59,649 nt of DNA, from positions 1 to 59,649 of the IMG/VR virus record IMGVR_UViG_3300034280_000211, one strand, 5' to 3'. Made by a program: the position numbers and the translations under genes. How positions within the stretch are numbered: position 1 is the stretch's first letter; each line of letters begins with the position of its first letter. The notes beneath the pieces were generated by a model. That model ran no database searches, had not been told where the DNA came from, and saw nothing but the letters and a program-made list of their open reading frames with translations. Below, in pieces: positions 35,366 through 44,800 of this stretch. Origin of the DNA: a virus (lineage: Duplodnaviria; Caudoviricetes).

Positions 35366-36832
35366 TTATGGGGCGTAGAAGGTTTTTCGGATGGGGTTTT
35401 GATCGGCCAAAGAGGTCACTACGGCCCGCTGGTCCACGGTGGCAAGTTTCCCGGTAATTTCCGCTGTTACGTCGGAGTACTTGGCCTCTTCCACGATCAC
35501 GTATGCGGATTCCCCGGTCAGGGTGAAATTCTGGTTAGTGGGCGTGGCGTAGGTGGGCGAGGTGTCGATGTCATACTTTCCGCCAGTAAACCCGCCGGTC
35601 ACGGATGCCTTGGTCGATGTGTGCGTCAACGAAAGCCCCGATAGCGACAGGCTCGTCGGAGTGGTCGTAATCGACAATCCTGCAAGGCTGATCGGCGTGG
35701 ATGCCGTAGTAAGCGATAGGCCGGACGCAGAGGCGGTTACGGCGCTTGGTGCTTTGCCTACGAACGTCGCACTGAAGCCTGAATAGTTGACAATCGTTGC
35801 GTACGTCGGAGTAATCTTCACAGTGCAGGTGGTTGAATCGAAGGACGCCGAGACGCCGGTTACGACTTGCACGGATGTGGAAGTGGGCGTGATCGCCACC
35901 GTCCCGGATGGGGTGGGAAGCGAAACAGAAATGCTCCCAGAAATCCCGGTGGCCTTGTCGTACGACGCGCTGCCGCCGGACACCCCTGTCGCCTTGTCGT
36001 ATGTCGCCGTGCCGCCCGAAACTGCGGTCGCCTTGTCATATGTCGCGGCGATTGCTGTTGGCGCCGGGATCTCAACCGTACCCGTAAGCGACGAGATGAC
36101 CTGACCCAAGACCGGCACGGATACGGAGCCGCCCTTAATGGCGTTGGTCAGTGCCGTAGTTGAACCAGCGCCTTGCGGGACGCTGATCTTTACGCTGCCG
36201 CCTTGGATGGCGTCCGTGGGAATCGGCAGGGTGCCAATCACGGCGCGATACTGCGGCACTGTGATCGTGTCTGTGCGGAGGCGTATCGGCCCGCCACCGC
36301 CGCCGCCACCGCCAACTCCATCACGGCCATCTCGTCCGTCGCGCCCGGCGGTGCCAGTGGCCCCGGGCTCGCCTGGAGCGCCAGCAAACCCAACGCCGGC
36401 ACTGCCTGCCGCGCCCGTCGCCCCGGCGGCACCAGTGGCACCATCGCGGCCATCGCGCCCACCGCCGGGATTGTTAACCGTATCGCCGCCATAGAACTGG
36501 TTGATATTGAACTGCTGGCGGTTACTAAAGTCGTACTGATTGCCTTGGTAGTTGTTGTAGCTGTTGCCGCCGTAAGTGCTGGTGTAGATGCGAGTCTCGC
36601 CAGGAACGGGAAATAGCTCCCGGTAGTCTCCGGGATTCCATGGCGCCCTGCCACCGCTTCCATAGACGCCACGTTCGTTGCCGAGCGCGTAGTTGGGCTG
36701 AAAGTTTACGTCGCCGCGATGCGTCAGCGGCTGATTGCAGTTGCCAAGCGCTTGGGTCAGTTGTTTTAGGGCATTGGGCGGCAGAACGCCTTGCAGAGCT
36801 TTTACGATTGCGGGCGTTGCTTGTGTAAGCAT
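35366..36832 (-). CDS. Collagen-repeat tail/fibre protein
   Basis: GXY triplets; three ATYDKAT-like repeats; Thr-rich. Confidence 0.7.
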   Translation of the reverse strand: MLTQATPAIVKALQGVLPPNALKQLTQALGNCNQPLTHRGDVNFQPNYALGNERGVYGSGGRAPWNPGDYRELFPVPGETRIYTSTYGGNSYNNYQGNQYDFSNRQQFNINQFYGGDTVNNPGGGRDGRDGATGAAGATGAAGSAGVGFAGAPGEPGATGTAGRDGRDGRDGVGGGGGGGGPIRLRTDTITVPQYRAVIGTLPIPTDAIQGGSVKISVPQGAGSTTALTNAIKGGSVSVPVLGQVISSLTGTVEIPAPTAIAATYDKATAVSGGTATYDKATGVSGGSASYDKATGISGSISVSLPTPSGTVAITPTSTSVQVVTGVSASFDSTTCTVKITPTYATIVNYSGFSATFVGKAPSAVTASASGLSLTTASTPISLAGLSITTTPTSLSLSGLSLTHTSTKASVTGGFTGGKYDIDTSPTYATPTNQNFTLTGESAYVIVEEAKYSDVTAEITGKLATVDQRAVVTSLADQNPIRKTFYAP

Positions 36833-39432
36833 CAGTCTGCGCCGCTCATCCGGATGGCGTAAATTGCAATCTGATCGGCGCTCTGTTCGCCCGAGATGCG
36901 AACGGCCACATGCCGGTCGCCGCCTGAAGAGCGATCATCCAGACGGCCGGTGTACCGCGCCTGCGCAAAACCATTGGCCTCGCCCAGCGCGGACCTGTTG
37001 AGGTTCATATTGAGCGTTGCTGCTGTGGAGCCGTGCGTTGTCGTAAAGCCATCGCCCCGGTCGGCTGCAATGGCATTGGGTCGGGCGTCCGAAGAATTGT
37101 TGTAGTGCAATGACAGGGCAAGCGATGCGTCCGCATCTGTCGGCCGGTAAAGCAAGGATACGGAGCGATTTTGTTCCGCCGAAAGCGCGGCGTTGCCAGT
37201 CTGGAACACGTACGGGATGGCCGTTCCGCTATCGGAAAGACCGGCAGCCTTCAGGAATGAGCCGCTGGACGTAGCGCACAAGACCTCTTGTTTCGACGCA
37301 ATGCCCGCTTGGCACGCTGCGGTGATGGCCTGCGGATACGTTTCTTCCCACCACGCCTTGGTTGCGAAGCAATAGCACAGCGCCCGCACCGGAGCGGAAT
37401 CCGTGCTGCGGCAGTAGAAAAAGCGCACGGTTTTCGTAGAGATGTCGGCCTTTATGTGAAACTGCGACGACTTGGAGAAGTCGATGATGTTGTCGCGCCA
37501 GTAGTTGTCGATTGGCACAGACAAAGCCTCTTCTTTGTTTCCGTCGAACGCATACATTCCGTAGCTGTCCACCAGCACCGCTGCGCCAGCGACTACGTCC
37601 CAGCACTGCGCGTTCAGGATTCCCCTATAAGCAACAAGCAGGATAGACGCATCCAGGACAGGCTGCGCAACGTAATTCAGGGCGTATAAGTGCGATGTTT
37701 GAGCGACCAGCAACTGGCCCCCCAAGGGAATGAGCGCAACGACAGCGTCCGGCGTGGAGGTATTTTCCTGAACGACAAGTTCGTTTTCGTCGGGAACACT
37801 TTCGGGCTCATCGACCTCCGAGTACAGAAGTGAATTCGGACGTTCGCCAGTAGTATCAACCGCATACCACGCCCGGTCTTGGAACATGCACGCAATGGCA
37901 AAGTTCCCCGGAGGAACCCCGAACCTTCGGGCGTTAAGCTGCCCCGAAGGAAGAGTCACTGGCATGACCCCGTACTCCGCGCGCTCCGTATCCTGGAGGT
38001 TCAGGTCGCTCAACGTGTCAACGTAGGATGTGTTGAAGGCCGCGTCCGTGCGCTGAATTGTCGCCACGCGGAACAGCAGGACTGACTGGTCACCTGTCGT
38101 GCGCCATAGCTCCATCGCAGCCACGCGGTCGTCCAGTGGGCCATGCGAAAATGTCCATGTCATAGTGGACGCAGAGTCGCCAACATCAACCTCCTGCAAG
38201 TGCGAGATGGACGACGGCACGGGGCCGTTATTCAACTCAGGCGTACCGTCCAAATAGCGAATCGCGCACTTGTACGTCCCGGCCATGCTCTGGGAGATAG
38301 TTGCCTGTGCGGTGGCCTGCGTATTCAGAATGATCGCCGTGGGCGGGGCGTAGTACGCTCCGCCGAAATATACGGTAGCCCCCGTGACGCTTCCAGAAGC
38401 ATTGACCGTCGCGGTCGCAGCGGCGCCGTTGCCTGACACATCTGTCGATGCAGCGCGGAACGTGAGGACTGGCGCCGTGAAGTACCCTGTGCCTCCGGAA
38501 ACAACGGTCACAGAAGACACGGTGTACTTCATGTCAACTGCAACGACGGCCCCAGTTCCGCCGCCGCCGATGACGGTTGCGGTGACTCCGCTGGTTGTGG
38601 CGCCCGTTCCTGAACTCAGGATATTGACTCCAAAGATTCGCCCCTGCGCGTCCACCGACGCGGCGGCAGTGACGCCGGTCAGCCCCTGGGCCGTGGAGAA
38701 TTGGAGCGTGGGAGTCGTCGTAGCGTTGGATGTGTATCCAGAGCCGTATGACAGGACGCGAACGGCATCGACCTGTCCTGAAACACCAACGCTCAGTGTC
38801 GCACCGGACCCAATGCCGCCAGAGAACGCCACGGTTGGGGTGGACTGATAGCCCGCCCCGCGTTCCGAGATGGTGACGCCAATCACTTGTCCGTTGACAA
38901 GGATGGCCCGCGCAGTCGCCTGGGTGGTGGGGCTTCCGCCAGTGATCGTGACTGCGGGAGGGGCGAAATAACCCGCGCCGGGAGTCACGATTTGAATGTC
39001 ACTCAGGTGCCCGCCGGAGGTAGCTGCGGTTGCGGCGACTCCTGGGGCCGTGGCTGGGCGATTGATGCCGATGGGCTGGACGGCAGTCGCAGCGCCGTCC
39101 CAGCGAATCCCGCGACCCATGCCATCCACGCCATAGAGATCGTTATATCGCCCCTTATAGAAGCTCATCGGTCGCAGCGGCCCAGTGTAGGCATAGGCCA
39201 CCGCAGATGCCCCCGTCCCACTGCCGCCTGAAAAGGACACAGCCGGTGCCGTGAATCCTGTGCCGGAGGCGGTGATGACAACAGAGTCCACCGCCGTTCC
39301 GGCCATCACAGCGTACGCGGTCGCACCGTTACCGCCTGAAATGGTGACAGTTGGGCGAGAGGTGTACCCAGATCCTCCGGTCGTCACGCGGACCCCAACG
39401 AGTCCGCCAGTAGTCCTGGCTCCGATCTGCAT
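36832..39432 (-). CDS. Tail nozzle / stabilisation protein with Gly-Thr repeats
   Basis: Repeated G.GY...P.VT..GG units, then a beta-propeller-like region (YSEVDEPE). Confidence 0.7.
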   Translation of the reverse strand: MQIGARTTGGLVGVRVTTGGSGYTSRPTVTISGGNGATAYAVMAGTAVDSVVITASGTGFTAPAVSFSGGSGTGASAVAYAYTGPLRPMSFYKGRYNDLYGVDGMGRGIRWDGAATAVQPIGINRPATAPGVAATAATSGGHLSDIQIVTPGAGYFAPPAVTITGGSPTTQATARAILVNGQVIGVTISERGAGYQSTPTVAFSGGIGSGATLSVGVSGQVDAVRVLSYGSGYTSNATTTPTLQFSTAQGLTGVTAAASVDAQGRIFGVNILSSGTGATTSGVTATVIGGGGTGAVVAVDMKYTVSSVTVVSGGTGYFTAPVLTFRAASTDVSGNGAAATATVNASGSVTGATVYFGGAYYAPPTAIILNTQATAQATISQSMAGTYKCAIRYLDGTPELNNGPVPSSISHLQEVDVGDSASTMTWTFSHGPLDDRVAAMELWRTTGDQSVLLFRVATIQRTDAAFNTSYVDTLSDLNLQDTERAEYGVMPVTLPSGQLNARRFGVPPGNFAIACMFQDRAWYAVDTTGERPNSLLYSEVDEPESVPDENELVVQENTSTPDAVVALIPLGGQLLVAQTSHLYALNYVAQPVLDASILLVAYRGILNAQCWDVVAGAAVLVDSYGMYAFDGNKEEALSVPIDNYWRDNIIDFSKSSQFHIKADISTKTVRFFYCRSTDSAPVRALCYCFATKAWWEETYPQAITAACQAGIASKQEVLCATSSGSFLKAAGLSDSGTAIPYVFQTGNAALSAEQNRSVSLLYRPTDADASLALSLHYNNSSDARPNAIAADRGDGFTTTHGSTAATLNMNLNRSALGEANGFAQARYTGRLDDRSSGGDRHVAVRISGEQSADQIAIYAIRMSGAD

Positions 39433-39698
39433 CAGGATGGCCCTCTGGCAACGAAGATTTGCCCTGCGGAATTCTGGTAGACGATGTTTTCCGTAGCTCG
39501 CGGATACCTAAACGCTTTGACGATAGGGGCCGTTGATCCAGTGTGCGACGTAAAAGACACGGCGGCCGTACCTGGACGAACGGTCAGTTGCCCAGGAGAT
39601 AAGACCTGGAGATTGACCTGCGTAACCCCGGCTCCTGGCGGGAGCGCGTAAGGGCTGGCATTTGCCACAAGGCCAGCCCACTTCTCAACAACAATCAC
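39432..39698 (-). CDS. Small tail protein (nozzle N-terminal-like)
   Basis: GL....SP..LP.G.....N pattern. Confidence 0.6.
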   Translation of the reverse strand: MIVVEKWAGLVANASPYALPPGAGVTQVNLQVLSPGQLTVRPGTAAVSFTSHTGSTAPIVKAFRYPRATENIVYQNSAGQIFVARGPS

Positions 39699-40837
39699 GG
39701 CGAGCCTCCGTCGTAGTCATCGGCCTGAAGTGGCGTTCTCCATCCATAGGCATCCCAGACGATCCTGAGAGACCCAGACATTGGAGCGACTTGGTCGTTC
39801 TCCATGGCAAGACGCAAGTCACGCTGGTACAGCGAGAATGCATTGTCCGGCTTGGCGTTTCGTGTACGGGCCAGCCAGTACTCGCACGCACTCAGCAGGC
39901 AGTTGTGCATTCCGGGCGGCATGTCCACGGGATCGGTGATCACGTACTTCACGCCACTGGCGGTCATTGACTTATCAACCACCAAGGAGGTTGCGCTGGC
40001 TACGGACACAACGCGGGCTTGGTCGGCATACGGATTCATGGACCCAAGCGTGTCTGGCACGGCTGTGGAAGTACCCAGACGCAGCACGGAGCCCACCATG
40101 GTGGAGGCGAACGATGTCCCCGTCCCCGTTACCGTAGTCCCGGACACGGACACCGTTCCAGCCCGGGATGTCGCTTCGTGCCCTGACAGCCGCATCTGTC
40201 GCGGCGTGCGGCGATACGTGAAGTCCAGCGTCTCCACGTTAATGGGATAGCCGTCCATCAGAATCTTAATGGCGTACCCGAACGAATTCGGGTCTTTGAC
40301 GACCGTCCAGTAGTAGGGCGGGCCAAGTGCGTTGTTGGATGACTCTATCTTCATGGCAACGTCTTGGCTGACGTACATGAAGTTTGTCCACCCTGTCTCA
40401 TCGACAGGGGCGTCAATGTTGCGGAAGTCGGATGGCAGCGGATAGATGGAGCGATACATCCGCGCTTCAGCGGAGATCGGAATGTCGCTTGGGAGTGTCA
40501 GCGTGGAATCCAAGACAAGCTGCGTTCCGCTGACTCGCGTAGCAATGCCGCACACGTAATCGCCAACGCGAATCCGGTGCGACACCGCGTCAGTCGGAAA
40601 TGGATCCCCAGACTGTTTGGTGATCGTGCGGGTGGAAGCGACGTATGTCACAGACCCGATCCAAGAAGGCGACAGGTAGATGCGGCCCTGCTGGTTGAAG
40701 TACTCCCAGTCACGGATCGTGGAGACTTCCGCGTACGCCCGCTGGATGGCGGTGCGGATGTCCTTCTGCTCCGCATCCTGCGGCCCGCCGAAGGACGAAG
40801 TGATCAGATGCTCAACGCAGTCTTGGTAGGTCAGCAT
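39695..40837 (-). CDS. Head-tail adaptor (tail tubular A-like)
   Basis: I.RA.....W, Y.LPSDF and position in the arm. Confidence 0.65.
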   Translation of the reverse strand: MLTYQDCVEHLITSSFGGPQDAEQKDIRTAIQRAYAEVSTIRDWEYFNQQGRIYLSPSWIGSVTYVASTRTITKQSGDPFPTDAVSHRIRVGDYVCGIATRVSGTQLVLDSTLTLPSDIPISAEARMYRSIYPLPSDFRNIDAPVDETGWTNFMYVSQDVAMKIESSNNALGPPYYWTVVKDPNSFGYAIKILMDGYPINVETLDFTYRRTPRQMRLSGHEATSRAGTVSVSGTTVTGTGTSFASTMVGSVLRLGTSTAVPDTLGSMNPYADQARVVSVASATSLVVDKSMTASGVKYVITDPVDMPPGMHNCLLSACEYWLARTRNAKPDNAFSLYQRDLRLAMENDQVAPMSGSLRIVWDAYGWRTPLQADDYDGGSP

Positions 40838-41139
40838 TAGGAGATCACTCCTCGTTCAATCCCCAGTTTCGCCACATATGCCATGAGCGCCCCAACTGCG
40901 ACAGCAAGATCCTGGTCCTGTTCCGCAGCAGTCAGGATGTCTTCCACTTGCAACCACACGCCGCCGTCCGGCGCTACGCTCACGCCATCCTCACCAGAAG
41001 AAAAGTGTCGCAGTCGCACGCGAGCCGTCGCTGCGCCGCCGACTTCTGGGGCAGAAATGACGATTTCGTCCACCCAAATCTTGTCGTAGGTGGCCGAGAT
41101 TTCGATAGGAGTGGCGGCGTACAGAATCGGGATATCCAT
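40837..41139 (-). CDS. Hypothetical (fibre-associated) protein
   Basis: Start at MDIPILY. Confidence 0.6.
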   Translation of the reverse strand: MDIPILYAATPIEISATYDKIWVDEIVISAPEVGGAATARVRLRHFSSGEDGVSVAPDGGVWLQVEDILTAAEQDQDLAVAVGALMAYVAKLGIERGVIS

Positions 41140-41147
41140 CAAAGACC

Positions 41148-43559
41148 TCAGAAGGGTGAAAGCGAGATGCGTTTCCAGGAATTCGTGGCTATGCAGATGT
41201 AGATGTATAAAGTGTCCCAGCAAATTTCTCCCTCATTCCCAGTCGCCGTGGAACTGGCCGGCGTGCGCTTTGTCGCGAGCCGCAAGGTGGAGCCTGCAAT
41301 GTGCAGGCCCACGCCGCTGGAGATCGTCGGGTTTGATGTGCCAATACCCACCTGACCTCCGGACGAAATCCGCAGGCGCTCAGAGGAATTGGTAAAGATC
41401 GAAAATGTGCCGGCCCCCTCTTGGACGAATGACAGGCTTCCGCCGGATCCGTAGTTTGTGAAGAAGAACGAAGTGCCAGACTGCGTTAACTGGGAGGAGT
41501 TAGAGCCGCTACTGAGTGTAAGCTGCGCCGCATTTCCATCCGTGCTAGTTACGCCGATGCCGCGTGCGCCGGAGCCGGACACATGCAGGGCGTGGCCTGG
41601 AGTCGCGGTTCCTATCCCAACGGAGCCGGTAGCCGTCACCCGCAGCCGCTCCGCACCCGCCGACGACACCGCCACCACATCGGCTCCAGGGAACCAAATG
41701 CCCGTATCGTCGCCACCAACAGCGGAACAGATCAGCGGTGCAAACGATGAACCGCCAGTCCCTAGTCGCAGCCGCAGGGAATCCGTGACCTCCAGCGCGG
41801 GAGTTGAGGAAACGGGGTCGTAGATCACAAACGAACCCACTGACACGCCCGCAGGCGGCGAGAGCCCGGCGGTCATTACGTGCCACTCGCTGGGGACCGA
41901 AGAATTGGCAATCACCACTCGCGTTTGGGCAAGGTCCGCTCCAGAAAATGTCCCGGCCGTACCAGAGACAGCAGTGAACGTTGGCGAAGCGCTGCCGGCG
42001 GCGCCAATGGTGGCGAGAACCTCTGCCGCACTGGTACCTTCTAAGATCGTGCGAGCAAACGCCGTGCAGACAATCTCCTCCACCACCCCGGCGCCTGCCG
42101 ATGAGCGTCCGAGAATCCTGCCGGTAGCCGAGACGTTCTGCATCCTGGCGTACGTGACTGCCGATGATGCGAGCTTGGCAGTAGTTACTGAGCCGTCCGT
42201 AGGCGTGCGTGGGTCAGAAAGCCGTGAATCGTCCCCTTTGCAAAACGTGCCCGATGTCGTACCAAAACTTCCGGCAGACAGGACGCCGCTAGTTGTGGTG
42301 ATAATCGGCAGGCCGGCGGTGGATCCAATCGCCCCCGAGTTGTCAATGCTTCCGTGCTTGTGCGAGAGCGGATTGCGGGAATCAAATAGCCTGGGGTCGT
42401 TGCCCTGGCAAAAGGTATTTGCCCCGCTGCCAAAACTGCCCGCTGACAGGGCTCCGCTCGCGGCGGTGATAATCGGGCGGTTGGCATCACTGCCAATGGC
42501 GCCGGCCGAAGTGATCGAACCGTGCGAGTGGGAGGCGCTTGCCGCGCCGAGCGTGGTCAGCATGGCCCCCGTGGTGGTGTCAGCCAGCAGGGTGCGTGCT
42601 GTAGATGTGCAGACAATCTCCTGCACTACCCCAGCGCCTGCGGAAGAACGGCCCAAGATGCGGTCGGTAGCGGTGACGTTTTGGATCTTGTCGTACGTGA
42701 CCGCACTGCCGGCGATCTTTGCGGTCGTTACAGATCCGTCTGTCGGCGTGCGCGGGTCGGATAAGCGGGAGTCGTTTCCCTGACAGGCAGTCCCAGAAGA
42801 AGACCCGTAACTTACAGAAACACTGCCGCTAGAGACCGACAGCCCCGTGCTGACGATGATTCCACCCAGGTTGGAGGTTGTCGCTGCCGGCAGCGTGTAC
42901 GAAGTGCCGGAGGCCGAGACAATTCCAGAGCCGTCGATGGCTAGCCCAGATCCGATGCGGATCAGACCCAGAGTGGAGGACGATGCTGTGGGGATACTGG
43001 GCGTGTTGGAGAGGTCGTTGTAGCTGCCCGTTGTCGCGACGGTCGCCAAGCCAGAGACAGCCGACGACGAGATCGTCGCCACCGCCGTCAGGGCCCCGCC
43101 AGTTGTCGTAACGACAATCTGGCCGCTGGTATTCCCCAGCGTCCCCGTGGAGCTAATGCTGCCATGGGAGTGCGTGGACGAAGCCTTGCCGTCCAGGGCC
43201 GATTGCGTGGCCGTGCTGACTGGCAGATCGGCTGGGGCGGTATTGGCGACGTTCCCCAGGCCGACATCCGACTTGGTCAGGGACTGGTCTCGCCATGCGG
43301 AGCCGTCGTACCGCAGCACCTCGCCGGCCGCAGGGGACGTTAGTTCTACGTCTGACAGACCGTTGAGATTTGACGCCCCAAATCCGCCAGTGTACGGGAG
43401 GGCGGTCCACTGGCTGACGCCGTCCCCGAACTTCAGTTGAGCGGTATCGGTTTCGTAACCCAGCTCTCCGGCCCGAAGAATTGGATTCGTGGCCGTCCAC
43501 TCCGCAGCGGTGCCACGGCGGTGCTGTATACGGTTGGAATTGCCGCGAGCCGTAGCCAT
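41148..43559 (-). CDS. Tail fibre protein with Mtd_N-like N-terminus
   Basis: RRGTAAEW...NP.L..GE.GYETDT...K.GDG...W..L.Y; HxH repeats; GIGT..P repeats; C-terminal G.I.WD..YIY.C.ATN.WKR. Confidence 0.88.
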   Translation of the reverse strand: MATARGNSNRIQHRRGTAAEWTATNPILRAGELGYETDTAQLKFGDGVSQWTALPYTGGFGASNLNGLSDVELTSPAAGEVLRYDGSAWRDQSLTKSDVGLGNVANTAPADLPVSTATQSALDGKASSTHSHGSISSTGTLGNTSGQIVVTTTGGALTAVATISSSAVSGLATVATTGSYNDLSNTPSIPTASSSTLGLIRIGSGLAIDGSGIVSASGTSYTLPAATTSNLGGIIVSTGLSVSSGSVSVSYGSSSGTACQGNDSRLSDPRTPTDGSVTTAKIAGSAVTYDKIQNVTATDRILGRSSAGAGVVQEIVCTSTARTLLADTTTGAMLTTLGAASASHSHGSITSAGAIGSDANRPIITAASGALSAGSFGSGANTFCQGNDPRLFDSRNPLSHKHGSIDNSGAIGSTAGLPIITTTSGVLSAGSFGTTSGTFCKGDDSRLSDPRTPTDGSVTTAKLASSAVTYARMQNVSATGRILGRSSAGAGVVEEIVCTAFARTILEGTSAAEVLATIGAAGSASPTFTAVSGTAGTFSGADLAQTRVVIANSSVPSEWHVMTAGLSPPAGVSVGSFVIYDPVSSTPALEVTDSLRLRLGTGGSSFAPLICSAVGGDDTGIWFPGADVVAVSSAGAERLRVTATGSVGIGTATPGHALHVSGSGARGIGVTSTDGNAAQLTLSSGSNSSQLTQSGTSFFFTNYGSGGSLSFVQEGAGTFSIFTNSSERLRISSGGQVGIGTSNPTISSGVGLHIAGSTLRLATKRTPASSTATGNEGEICWDTLYIYICIATNSWKRISLSPF

Positions 43560-43577
43560 CCTGGACTCCTATCAATA

Positions 43578-43584
43578 AGTGTCC
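43578..43584 (-). promoter_or_regulatory. Late promoter motif GGACACT (also at 3951, 35359 and 58936; variants at 3098 and 58576)
   Basis: Recurs just upstream of late gene starts. Confidence 0.55.
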
Positions 43585-43705
43585 GGAATGGCCGAATAGC
43601 CGACTTTGGCCGGGAAACCGCAGTTCTCTCCCCTCGCTCAGTAGCGCCATGCCTTGCATATGGCCCGGCTACTACGCTGTGCCTTCACTATGGCTCTCTC
43701 TGATT

Positions 43706-43939
43706 TCAAGAGCGTCGTTCCGGCTTCCGGTAGCCAACGTGCTGGAACCACTCGGCCACGCGGCTACCAATCGCGTAATACTTCCGCTCGTATCGGTGTT
43801 CCCCAAACAGGGTGCCGACCGTGCCATCCTCTCGGACGTAGTGGGCAACGTCCTGCGAGTCAGGGACGAGGTAGACGCTGGCCGCACTGACCTCGCGCTC
43901 CTCGCCGTCAAACGGGCCTCCGACGAATGGCAGTTTCAT
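43706..43939 (-). CDS. Small accessory protein
   Basis: FVGGP.DG motif. Confidence 0.65.
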   Translation of the reverse strand: MKLPFVGGPFDGEEREVSAASVYLVPDSQDVAHYVREDGTVGTLFGEHRYERKYYAIGSRVAEWFQHVGYRKPERRS

Positions 43940-44059
43940 GGCTCTCTCTGCGGCGTGTAGTGCGGTCCTACCTAATTTACTACCTAGTTCCGGCGACACT
44001 ACGCAGTTTCGTCCCTCTCGCGGCGTGTACGGTAACTGTCACTTTTCGCCAGTTTCTGT

Positions 44060-44275
44060 CTAGTGCAACAGGCTCGTCAGTTCGTGAGGCACCATCGCCC
44101 GCACCGCCTGTAGGTCGTGGGTGGCGTCGACAGACGGCGTGCCGTGTTTCAGCCGCCCGCGACAATGCTCGTCGATCTGCTCCAGAGCGATGAGCGCGTC
44201 ACGCCCGGCGAGAGCGTAGCGGTGGGCTCGCTCATCGTCTGGCTCGCTGAGATCGAACTTTAGGATGGCGATCAC
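44060..44275 (-). CDS. Small accessory protein
   Basis: A.L.F.L.EP.D...H..A..G...R..LK pattern. Confidence 0.65.
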   Translation of the reverse strand: MIAILKFDLSEPDDERAHRYALAGRDALIALEQIDEHCRGRLKHGTPSVDATHDLQAVRAMVPHELTSLLH

Positions 44276-44482
44276 GGATATACCGGCGGTGTATTCCTGG
44301 CGTTCAAATCGAAGAACATTCTACCCGTGCGGCCCAGCGGCGCAATGCCATCTCGGCATCCTATTTCGGGATAAGTGGCTGACAGCCAGTCCGCCCGAAA
44401 TACCGTACCGTACTCTGGTGCAAGAGCGTCGTGAACTACCGAGCATTGCTCGGCAGTTCGCAACATAAGGTGAAGAGCGCAA

Positions 44483-44800
44483 CTAGCCGACCGGCGGATC
44501 GGGCGGCAGCAGCGCCACCGCGTCGCCCCACGGGATCACTTCCACGGCCTGCCCTAGCACGGTCTTGTCAGCCGCTTCCCACATGGCATGAAGCAGGCCG
44601 CCGGGTTCGATCTCAGTGAGGATGTCGCCGCAGAGCATGAGCCGCCCATCGGTCAGAACGCGAGGCATCGGCACGCAGTTGGTGCTGCCGTGTTTGCCGT
44701 GCAACTCCGCGAGCCTGGCTGCAAGCTGCGGCGTGAACACAAGCGCAAGGCCACGAGCGTCGGCGTAGGTGATCGGCAGCGTGAGATCGGCTAGCGTCAT
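44483..44800 (-). CDS. Fibre-associated accessory protein
   Basis: GGAGG SD; P..LTDGR.ML..D.LTE. Confidence 0.65.
   Translation of the reverse strand: MTLADLTLPITYADARGLALVFTPQLAARLAELHGKHGSTNCVPMPRVLTDGRLMLCGDILTEIEPGGLLHAMWEAADKTVLGQAVEVIPWGDAVALLPPDPPVG

Noticed and set aside
41148-43559. Diversity-generating retroelement (Mtd_N-like domain present)
   Set aside because: No reverse transcriptase and no TR/VR pair differing at adenines was seen
43591-43602. 12-nt complementarity between the early RNA stem (CGGCTATTCGGC) and the tail-fibre upstream region
   Set aside because: A single short GC-rich match; cannot be separated from chance
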